Both the position numbers and the translations under genes were made by a program. Positions 53,526 through 64,000 of a stretch of 64,000 nucleotides of DNA are shown piece by piece. Source of the DNA: Callorhinchus milii. Its lineage: Eukaryota. The DNA lies in assembly GCF_018977255.1 (NCBI RefSeq), contig NW_024704742.1, forward strand, positions 10,170,001 through 10,234,000, given 5' to 3'. Below the pieces are notes generated by a model, which was not told where the DNA came from, ran no database searches, and worked only from the letters and a program-made list of their open reading frames with translations. The number at the start of each line of letters is the position of its first letter. The first letter of the stretch is position 1.

Positions 53526-56145
53526 TCCTGTAAAATGGAGGGAATTTATCATCTCCTGAAAGAAGGAAAACAAAATCAATGTAGTTTATGAATATTCTTT
53601 GAATATTTTTCTAAGTTTTTTAAATGTTTTCATTCTGACTTTTTATTCTTGCTTCTAAAAAAAAGTATTTATTCCTATCCTATCTTCTAATTAAAAACTA
53701 GAACTCCAGATAAATCTTCTGAGAATGTATTGTTCCCAGTAGTTTCTGCTGGATTATGTTCTTCTGTCTTTTTTTCCCGTGGTCTGATGAAGGAGAATCT
53801 GAAAGGTTCCTTGTCATTCTTTCAGGGATGTCCTAGTTGACCATTCTGCCCCCGTTGGATCATCGCCCACAAAATATTCAATCACTACACTTTACAGTTT
53901 ATTCTGTGAAGCACTTTGAGACGTCTCGAAGACGTGATAAAGCGCTATATCAAATGCAAGGATTATTATTGTTACAGAGATTATTATTATTATTTCCTAC
54001 CTCATGTGGTTTCACCATGCGAAAATGGGCTTGTTGGCACAGAGAGGTAGAAGGCCTTCTATTGCAAGATCAGCCACAAAACAAATTGCTGACGTGAAAG
54101 TTTCTATACCAAATGTAAGGTTATTATTAATAATAATTAAATATTTATATATCATTGGCGTTTCTCGTTATATAATGTGAAATATTTGTTTTTTTATACT
54201 TTTTCTTCCGAGTCTTGTGCAAGTCCTGTAGTTTTGAGGTTTTGGTAATTATTTATTTGTCAAAATAAATAGGATAGTGTTTAAACTACAGTCCAACTAT
54301 GCACTGCCTGATATGCATCTGTATACAAGGAAGTTCAATATTTTTACTGTGTATTTGCTGATGGGTTTTATTTAGTTTAATCCAATATTGTACAAGAACC
54401 CAGTTTGTGTTCCTCAAGTTGATTCATTCTCAGTTATTTCTTCCTTTTCTGTTCCTGTTCATGTTTCTGTTTTGCAGTTGACTATTCCTTTAACTTCCCT
54501 GCATCATCACTTTCTCCATAACAGCAACAACATTACATTTTATAGCACCTTTCACATCAGGAGGATGTCCCAGTAGAGATCTGCACCCGAGTTGGTGGTT
54601 GGGATCAGGAGGGGTGGAGGGCAGAGAGGGGAGGGATAGGAGGGTGACTTAAGGCACAGTCGAAGAGGAAAGTCTTGAGATGGGTCTTGAAGAAGGCAAG
54701 GGAAGGGGTAAGGCGGAGGGACTGTGGGATGAAGTTCCATAGAGTGGGGGCAGAGAGGTTGAAGGCCTGCCCGCCAATAGTGGGGCAGGCGAGGCAGGGG
54801 ATGTGAAGCAGGCCGAGCCCGCTAAGTGGAGGGAGTGGACAGGTTGGTAGGGGATTAGGAGGTCACAGAGGTAGGGAGGAACAAGTCCATGGAGGGCTTT
54901 GAAGGTGAAGACCAGCACCTTGTACTGTATCCTCTGACTGATGTCCTTTACATCCTCACATTGTTGTTTTCCTCCCTGACTTTCTTATTTAATGATAAAA
55001 TAGATGGTTTCCTTATATAGATGTAACAAAAAAGTTAGACCCAAACTGCAGGGACAACTAGTATAGATCCACACCCAGTATCATTCCTTACCTCTCATTG
55101 TCGTTATGAGCCAATAGATCAGTTTCACAAACTACTGTACAATACTTGTGTCTCATTCTGTGAGACAAAACTGACACCCATTAACAGTTGTGACGAATGT
55201 GGAGTAATTGAGATGGGATGGATCCCTTTCATTTAAATTGGATTAAACTGGCTTCCCATCACATAGAGGATACAGTTCAACATCTTGGTCCTCACCTTCA
55301 AAGACCTCCATGGCTTTGCTCCCCACTATCTCTGTGACCTTCTAATCCTACCAGCCTGCCCACTCCCTCCGCTCAGTGGGCTCCAGCCTGCTTCACGTCC
55401 CCTGCCTCGCCTGCCCCACCGTTGGTGGGCGGGCCCTCTGCCACTCTGCCCCCACCCTCTGGAACTCCATCTCGCAGTCCCTCTACCTCGCCCCCTGATT
55501 GTGTATTTGTAGGCGAACCTGGTGGCCAATTGCTTACAGCAATGTCCCACAAACAGCCATGAAGTGAATGACCAATTTATTTGGGGATTACATGGCCAGG
55601 ACACTGGGAACAAATGGTGCTCCTTCCACAATGCAACACGCCCCCAACTCTGCATTGAGATGTCAAATTAGACCATGTGAGTTCAAGTCCCAAAGTAGGA
55701 CTTCTGATTCAGAAGCGAGAGTGCTACTAACCAAGCCAGACTGATGCATGGAAATATGACAATGACTGCAATTCATTAGCTTGAGAAGCAGACAAGCAAG
55801 TCTCCCTTCAGACATTTTGTGCTCAATAAATAATCTTATAAATATTTTTGTTGGTTACACAAGAACATCAAAACATGAATTATTGAGAACAAGGCAAGAT
55901 CATGACATCACCTTCTTGATGGGTCTCAAATCAACCCACTTGACTTTTCATAATAATCCTTTCTCTTTCTCTAGAAATGAACTTTGGTGCCTTTTAATAT
56001 TAAATATTATGATATGAAATGCGTTATATCAAATGCAAGGAATATTGTTATTATTATTAATACCTCTTATTTTATTTATGGTTTCCTCTTATAATCCTTA
56101 TAATTTACAAGATTCCATTTAAGACTACAACAAGATTTCATTTAT

Positions 56146-56368
56146 AGAGCGCCTTTCACGTCGGGAGGACATCCCAAGTCGCTGTACAGTTGGGTCAGGA
56201 CCCGAGCAGGGGGGAAATGGTCAGGGTGAGGGGAAGGAAGAGAGGGAGCGAGGAGGGGGTAGAGAGTCGAGAGGGGAGCTGAAGGCTCGGTCAAAGAGAA
56301 AGGTCTTGAGGCCGGCCTTCAAGGAGGAAAGGGAGGAGGCGGCGAAGGCACTGGGGGATGGAGTTCCA
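56146..56368 (-). mobile_element. Young L2 3' end
   Basis: Matches the 3' UTR variant of copy C. Confidence 0.88.
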
Positions 56369-56960
56369 TAACATACCTATTAAATGATGCATTGCATTAT
56401 TTTTCAAAACTCTGCTTGACTGATTTTTAACTTGTATTCTCTGGTATTTAAACTATTTACCATAGTGAACTTCTGTATTTACATTACATCAACTTCATCA
56501 ACTTGTTTTATTGTCAAGCCACCAATTTTTGAGAAAATTCGTCAAACTTTCTTCATTTGGTAGCTTATTGCAACATTGTGATGCTACATCCTCATTTTTC
56601 TATTGAACAAAATTTAAATCACTAGTGCCTAGTGCAGTAATTGAAGCCTGGAGAAAAATATTTATGGAAGTAAGAACCTTTTCTGAATTGATAGCACATA
56701 AAATATTTCTGTTAAAAACTGTTTTCTGCTTCCAAAGGCCTGCAGTTCATATAGGAAGCAAATTGTTAATAATAATCCTTGCATTTGATACAGTGCGATA
56801 TCACGTCTTCAAGACGTCTCAAAGCGCTTCACAGGATATCTTGTAACAACAAAATTACATTTGTGAAGCACCTTTCACATCGGGAGGATGTCCCAAGGCG
56901 CTGGACAGACAGAGTTACGGACCCGAGCTCGGGATCGGGGAGTGTAGAGGGCAAAGGGAG

Positions 56961-59002
56961 AACAACAACAACAACAAGATTCCATTTATAAAGCGCCTTT
57001 CACGTCAGGAGGACGTCCCAAGGCGCTGCACAGTTGGGTCATGACCCGAGCAGGGGGGAAATGGTCAGGGTGAGGGGAGGGAAGGGAGGGAGCGAGGAGG
57101 GGGTAGAGAGTCGAGAGGGGAGCTGAAGGCACGGTCAAAGAGAAAGGTTTTGAGACCGGCCTTGAAGGAGGAAAGGGAGGAAGCGGCGAAGGCACTGGGG
57201 GATGGAGTTCCAGAGCCTGGGGCTGAGAGGCTGAAGGCCCGACCACCGATGGTAGGGCGGTTGGGGCGGGGGACGTGGAGCAGACCGGAGCCAGAGGAAC
57301 GGAGGGTACGGGCAGGTAGGTAGGGGGATAGTAGGTTGGAGAGGTAGGAGGGAGCAAGGCCGTGAATGGCCTTGTAGGTGAGGATGAGGATCTTGAAATC
57401 AATCCTCTGGGGGATGGGGAGCCAGTGGAGGCGAGCGAGGGTGGGAGTGATGTGGTCCCGAAGCCTGGTGCGGGACAGTACACGAGCTGCAGAGTTCTGA
57501 ATGACCTGCAGCTTGTGGAGGGAGGTGGCGGGAAGGCCGGCGAGGAGAGAGTTCCCATAGTCCAGCCTTGAGGTGACAAAGGCGTGGACCAGGGTTTCAG
57601 CAGCGTGAGGGGTGAGGTAGTGCCGTAGTCTGGCGATGTTCCGGAGGTGATGGAAGGCGGTGCCAGTTGTGGTGCGGATGTGAGGGAGAAAGGACAGCTC
57701 AGGGTCGAACAAAACGCCGAGGTTCCTGACTGGCTTTGAGAGGTGGAGAGTGCAGCCTTGGATGCTGATGGTGTCAGCGCCTGAGGTGCGGAGGCGCTGA
57801 CGTGAGCCAATCAGGAGGGCCTCGGTTTTTCGCACGTTGAGCTGAAGAAAGTTGTCTCTCGTCCAGGACTCGATGTCGGACAGGCAGCTGTCAGGACATC
57901 GGTGGTCGTGGAGTTGAGAGTAGAGGAGGAAAGGTAGAGTTGGGTGTCATCCGCATACATGTGGAAGTTAACTCCATGTCTGCGGATGATGTCACCAAGG
58001 GGGAGCATATAGAGGGTGAAGAGGAGGGGACCGAGGACAGAGCCCTGAGGGACACCACATGAGACAGTACGGGGGGTGGAGGAGAAGCCATTCGTTGAGA
58101 CAAAGTGAAGACGGTGAGAAAGGTACGACCTAAACCATTCAAGGACAGTGCCTTGAAGGTTGAGGTGGGAGGACAAGCGGTGGAGTAGGATAGCGTGGTC
58201 GACCGTATCGAATGCTGCCGATAGGTCGAGGAGGACGAGGAGACAGAGGGAGCCCTGGTCACAGATGGTCAGGATATCATTGGTGACCTTGACCAGGGCA
58301 GTTTCTGTGCTATGGGCAGCACGGAAACCTGACTGAAGGGGTTCGAAAAGAGAATGGGTGGAAAGGAAAGAGCGCAGTTGGGAGGCGACAACTCTTTCCA
58401 AGACCTTGGAGAGAAAGGGGAGGTTGGAGATGGGCCGGTAGCTTGATAGCTGCGACGCATCAAGGGAGGGTTTTTTCAGGGTGGGCGTGATGATGGCAGT
58501 TTTTAATGGAATGGGGACAGAGCCAGAGGAGAGGGACAGGTTGATGATGTCAGTGATATGTGGGGCAAGAAAGTGGAGCTGGGAGATAAGGAGTGGAGTG
58601 GGGATGGGGTCAAGGGAGCAGGTGGTTGGTTTTAGGGATAGGATGAGTTCAGTGACAGAGGGTGGGGAAACGGGTACGAAGGTGTGTAGGGGAGGATGGG
58701 TAGGAGTCGGAGTGTGGGAGGGAAGGGGTGGGTGGTGGGTGGAAGTTGGAGGGGAAGTGACCGCGGAGCGGATTCCCTTGATCTTGGATTCAAGGAAATC
58801 CAGCATCTCCTCGCAGTGAAGGTTGGAGGAGATGACCTGCGCGGGGTGGCGGGGGGGACGGAGGAGTCGGGTTGTGGTGGAAAACAGTAGCCTGGGGTTG
58901 TTCTTCGCCTCCAGGATTATCCTGGAGTAGAAGGACGACTTGGCCGAGGCTAGAGTGGAGCGGTAAATTTTGAGGAGGTCCAGCCAGATTTCTCGGTGGA
59001 CC
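56961..59002 (-). mobile_element. Young L2 LINE copy C, antisense in SH2D4A intron 3
   Basis: 331-aa and 256-aa ORF pieces nearly identical to copy B; complete RT motifs; (AAC)n on +. Confidence 0.96.
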
Positions 59003-59897
59003 TTTAGGCCAGAGAAGCAGGGAGATCAAAAGCACGGTCGAAGTGGAGGGTCTTGCGATGGGTCTTGAAGGTGGCAAGGGAGGGTGCGAGGCGGAGGGAC
59101 TGCGGGATGGAGTTCTAGAGGGTAGGGGCAGAGTGACGGAAGGCCCGCCCACCAATAGTGGGGTGAGCGAGGCAGGGGATGTGGAGCAGGCCGGAGCCCG
59201 CTGAGAGGAGTTGCGAGCAGGATGGAAGGGGGTTAGGAGGATACAGAGGTAAGGGGGAGCAAGACCATGGAGGGCTTTGAAGGTGAGGACCAGGATCTTG
59301 AACTGTATCTTCTGTGTGATGGGAAGCCAGTGGAGTTGGGCAAGGATGGGGATGATAGGATCGCGGAGCCTAGTGCGGGAGAGGACATGGGCTGCAGAGT
59401 TCTGGATGATCTGCAGCCTGTGGAGGGACGAGTTTGGGAGGCTGACAAGCACTGAGTTTGCGTAATCGAGCCTCGATGTAATGAACAATAACAACAACAA
59501 CAACAAGATTACATTTGTATAGCACCTTTCATGTCGGGAGGACGTCGCAAGGTGCTGGACAGAGTACAGCATTTCATGAAGGTGTGTATTAGGGTTTTGA
59601 CGGCCCGCAGTATGACACAGTGCTGGAGCCGGGCGATGTTGCGAAGATGGGGGAAGGCAGAGCGGGTCACGGTGCAGATGTGGGGTAGAAAGGATAGTTG
59701 AGGGTCAAACAAAACTATTTTGTGAGCGAAACGCGGCAGTCAATTGTGCACAGCCATGTCCCCCAAACAGTCATGGATTGAGTGACCAAATTATTTTATT
59801 ATTTATTTATTACTTTTTTGAAAGGATTATTACCGCTAGAAAGGTTCCTAAATGTTAAATGTTCTCTTTAAGTAAGTGAGTTTTCTCTGTTGTCCAG

Positions 59898-60045
59898 CAA
59901 AAAGAAGATGAAGAACGCAGGACGCAAGAGGAGGAGATCAAGCGTTTGGAAGAAGAGAGAACGCAGCAATTATATATAAATTTGAAGGAAGCTCAGGAAA
60001 TGGTACAGAAGAATGAGAAAGAAGATCCTGAATGGCGAGAGAGTC
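59898..60045 (+). CDS. SH2D4A: SH2D4A coding exon 4 (QKEDEERRTQEEEIKRLEEERTQQLYINLKEAQEMVQKNEKEDPEWRES)
   Basis: Not in the ORF track; translated by hand. Acceptor ttttctctgttgtccag ends 59897; donor gtaagt at 60046; 148 nt, phase 0 in. EEI..EEERT.Q and KED.EW..S resemble SH2D4A. Confidence 0.88.
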
Positions 60046-60060
60046 GTAAGTACAATTATT

Positions 60061-60617
60061 CAGGACCAGGTTAAGGGATTTTGGGGGCTCCCAAACTCGA
60101 TCACATTTGGGACCCTTTGTACCTTGCTCACAAAATATGCAGCAATACCTTTTGTGGATGACAGACACATGTTGACATTTAATAAAAGATTTTATTTTAA
60201 TATACAAATTTAAAAGTGCTTAGAAATGAACATAACGAAACGCGCTAAAGCATGTAAAGTTGCAAATGACACGAGAAAAGTGGCAAAAAAGCTGATTTAC
60301 CTACTGATTCCGAGACAAAAATATCACAAGAACACCAGCTCTATGTGCTTTTCTCGATTGCGATAATTGTTTTTGGATTAATCATAATCCTTACATTTGT
60401 TATTTAGTCGGTTCCGAAGACGTACAGGATGTACATATTCATCTAACTCAGTCCTTGACTGTTTTACTGCAATCTTACAAATTATGTTATATTAATTTTA
60501 GGTATTTTCATTATAGCTATAGCTAATGCCTCCAATGTAATATCCATATCTGGAGCCCCTTAGACATCAGGGCCCTAAACCAAGGCATTAATTATTTTAT
60601 TGATTAATCAGGTCCTA
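60061..60617. mobile_element. Degenerate non-autonomous hAT-like DNA transposon
   Basis: Imperfect 14-bp TIRs caggaccaggttaa / ttaatcaggtccta. Flanks caattatt and ccgttatt match at 6 of 8 positions (candidate 8-bp TSD). Subterminal ggggctcc, gggaccc and gggccc motifs. Confidence 0.55.
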
Positions 60618-61058
60618 CCGTTATTTTACAATTTAGTCAGAATATTAGGGCAGAGTTTTTCCATTTTTGTTAAGTCTCCAAGTTGATGTATTTTTCTCTC
60701 TCAATTGAATTGACTGACTGGTTTAGGGAGCTTCCAAGGAATTCTAAAGGTGTATACATTTGGTAGATGTATTTGGTAGATGTATATATTTGGTAGATGA
60801 TACATATCAGGTGCCGTTGGAATCAGTGAACGGACCCGATGAATATGGCACAAGGGTCGAGAAGAATGAGGAGTGGAGAGGTTGAGGCGGCGGTTTTGGA
60901 GGGATTGGGGTGTGAGGAATAGGTGTCTGCATGTGTGGAGAGGAATGTTGAGGGTTGGAGTCAGTAGGAAGATCCTGGTGGGAGTCTTGTGGTGGGCTGT
61001 GTGGTTTTAACTGGTTAGGTGGCGTCATGTACACACTGGTTATCAGCACAATGGGATT

Positions 61059-61346
61059 ATGGAGTCCTGTGGGTCAGTCGTTAGATAATCCCATTGTGCC
61101 CCACAAGTGAGAGGAGCGGGCAGGGAGGAACCTTAGACAAGTTTTCGTACTCCACATGCCTGTGTTTACCTAGCAATAAGTAGGAACTCGGTTGTTAGTT
61201 GACTGGCGGATCGCTTTCCGGGAGTAATAATCCGTCAAAAAAAATATTCAGTCAATTCACTTTACAGTATATTCTGTGAAGCGCTTTGAGACTCTCAAAG
61301 ATGTGATGAGGCGCTATATCAAATGCAAGGAAATATTATTATTATA
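61059..61346 (+). mobile_element. tRNA-derived SINE with rearranged head and internal deletion
   Basis: Body and tail are recognisable. Confidence 0.8.
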
Positions 61347-63009
61347 ATGGGTACAAACAGAAACTTTATCTTAAGTAGGAAAATATGAGTTGAAGTTTCT
61401 GTGGGCTAAATGATGCAATCAAGTGCTTTGGGACGTCCTCCCGACGTGAAAAGCGCTATATCAAATGCAAGGATTATTATTATTATTATTACACAAGGGC
61501 CTCTGTCTTCTGAAATAAGTGGGTCTTTTGTAGATCTAATGCTATGGCTTTGATTGTTTACTTGGCTTTCGTTCATTGGTTGCTCCGAGATTACTAGGGG
61601 AATATTATCACATGTGTAAAGCTTCTTCAGTTCACAACTGAAAGGAAGGCAGCTGTTTAGCATGCTTGTTGTTTTCTACTCTTAAGTCCATAAATGGAAT
61701 GAACATGTGCAGTAACATTTCTGCTCGTGAATGAATGTCAACTTCAAGGCCGAATAATACAATCCAATAAATTATCTTTTCTTGTTTTGTTTCTTGCTTG
61801 CTTCCTCTCACCCCCCACCCCCCAATTCCTTCTATTCAAGACTTGTTTGAGTTTGTTGATTTTGTCTCCTGTTTGCACCATTATTATTTCCTGGTTCGTG
61901 GTTTTTGTGATCTTCAATTAAAAATGAGTTCAGCTTTTTATGGGTCTCATTATAACCAAAGATTAGATATTGTTCAGGGAGATGTGACCTTCCTTTGTAC
62001 TTGGCAAAACTAGGGAAAAGGCAGAGAGTGCACATTTCATTCCAGAGACACAAAATGTCCTTGTGTAGGTGACATGCATATGTGGAGCTCTGCTGGTTTA
62101 GATACTCTTAAGGATACTCTGTGTCAGATACCCTGGCTGGAAAACCATTCTTTAGGAGTGCTGACATCAGTACAGACACAATGGGCCAAATAACTTTCTA
62201 ATGTACAGTTTATTAATTATTAATCATACTAATTCAGTTTCACCACTAATTGGAAAAGGCTGGTTGATTTTTGTTCCCTACTTTGATTTCGTTTAATATT
62301 TCCACTTGTGGCACGGGTTCTCATAGAATGAGATGATTGTATGAGGAGGAGGATTGAATAATTATCGAACAATTACGTATTTCCAAAGGCTGTGGCAGCA
62401 TTTTCCTGTAAGACTTTTATATTTTTCCAGAAAAGTTCAACAAACCACATGAAAAATTTGTGGGTTGGGTTTAACTACATACAAATAAGCAGGTACACAG
62501 AATTACCTGGTAAACCTTATCAAACAATGTGAATGACACCTGGAATGTTCTTTATTATAATAATAATAATTGGCAGCAGCACTGTCCCACAAACCATTTT
62601 TTTTCTGGGGTGGGCGGATTATCCAGCAAACAACTAACAACCAGGTTTCTACTTACTGCAAGATAAACAGAGGTGTGTCAGCTAGTTCTATTTTTAGTTT
62701 ACATTTTTCAAAAAATATGACACAGAAGCACAAGCAAAATTAACATTGTCGTCAAATTTTTGCAGTTAGTTTGCTGCAAATTTCTACTTATTTTTGCAGT
62801 GTGTGGTGCCTGCTCAAAGCTGCCTTATCTAAAAGAGGCTATTTAATTTGCTATTTTTACTACTGGCTATAACATAAGTATTCATAGCAATGTGAGGCAC
62901 TAAACTACACTAAAGAACTTTCATGGGGGTGAGGTTGGAAGGTTAAGCACCAATTCCAGCAAAGTTGTTTTCCAGGACTTTAAACAGAAAGTAATGTTAA
63001 ACAATGTTC

Positions 63010-64000
63010 GATGGACAAAGCTGCCAAGAAAGTGAACAGAATCTCAGGTTTTATAAATAGGGGTATAACAACAACAACAACAACAACTTGGATTTATATA
63101 GCGCCCCCCACGCCAGATGGCATCTCAGAGCGCTTATAGCGCTTATAGAATAATAATAATGATACTCCTTGCATTTGATATAGCACCTTATCACGTCTTC
63201 AAGACGTCTCAAAGCACTTCACAGAATATACTGTAAAGTGAATTGACTGTATATTTTGTGGGCAAAATGTGGTAGCCAATTGCACACAGCAGTGTCCCAC
63301 AAACAATTGTGGATTGAGTGACCAAATTATTATTTTTTTTGAAGAAATTATTACCCCCGGAAAAGCAAAAAAAAATAAAACTAAAGAGGTATGCTAACCT
63401 TGTATAAATCGTTAGGTAGTCTCCAGGGAGAATATTGTGTCCAATTTTGGTCATCCCACTTTAGGAAGAACATCAACGGCATAGGGAGAGGTGCAGAGGA
63501 GATTTAACAGGGTGATTCCGGGATGAGTGGTTTGACCTATGAGCAGAGAATGGAAATTAGACTTTTTATGATGGAAAGAAAAGAAAGTTGAGGCTGACAT
63601 GATAGCTCTGTTTACCTAACAGTAAGTAGGAACCCGCTTGTTTGTCGATTGGTGGATGGCTTTTCTGGGAGTAATAATCCCTCCCCCCAAAAAATGTGGT
63701 CACTCAATCCACGACTGTTTGTGGGATGTCACTGCGCAATTGGCTGCCGCGTTTCTCCCACAAAACACACTTATCATTACACTTTACAGTATATTTTGTG
63801 AAGCGCTTTGGGATGTTTCTAAGCTATTATAAGGCACTCTATCAAATGCAAGGACTATTACTATTATTATTATAAAGGTCTTTAAATTATGAGGGTTTTT
63901 TTGTGAGTCAGTAGGGATAAATTATTTCCACTAGTTGATGAATCAGTGACCAGAAGGCACCAATTTAAGATAGCTAGTAAATGGGGAGATTAGGAGAAAT
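63010..64000 (+). mobile_element. Old CR1 3' ORF2 remnant fragmented by younger insertions
   Basis: CR1 pieces at ~63010-63067, 63375-63605 and 63873-64000, separated by an L2-type tail(-), a SINE(-) and a SINE(+). Confidence 0.75.

Noticed and set aside
60046..64000. Further SH2D4A exons (LRKSKAADE.., SH2 domain)
   Set aside because: No matching peptide or splice-bounded frame found; they presumably lie beyond the window.

Overview
This is repeat-rich vertebrate genomic DNA. The repeat families point to a cartilaginous fish, probably a holocephalan such as Callorhinchus (inferred from recalled repeat consensus sequences; no database search was run). One host gene is clear: four coding exons of an SH2D4-family gene, best matching SH2D4A, on + (39924-40104, 51729-51888, 52868-53036, 59898-60045). 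Their splice phases are consistent, and the SH2 domain lies beyond the window. A probable promoter and first exon of a second, unidentified gene lies on - at about 1069-1640. The rest is mostly retroelements: young and old L2 LINEs, CR1 fragments, an abundant tRNA-Ala-derived SINE with an L2-type tail, older Deu-domain SINEs, a Penelope-like terminus with a hammerhead-ribozyme-like motif, a small hAT-like element, and an unclassified old repeat. A 4.6-kb near-identical duplication brackets SH2D4A exon 1 and may be an assembly artefact. I found no new protein-coding system. The most interesting signals are non-coding RNA and mobile-element structures. Repeat boundaries are approximate.
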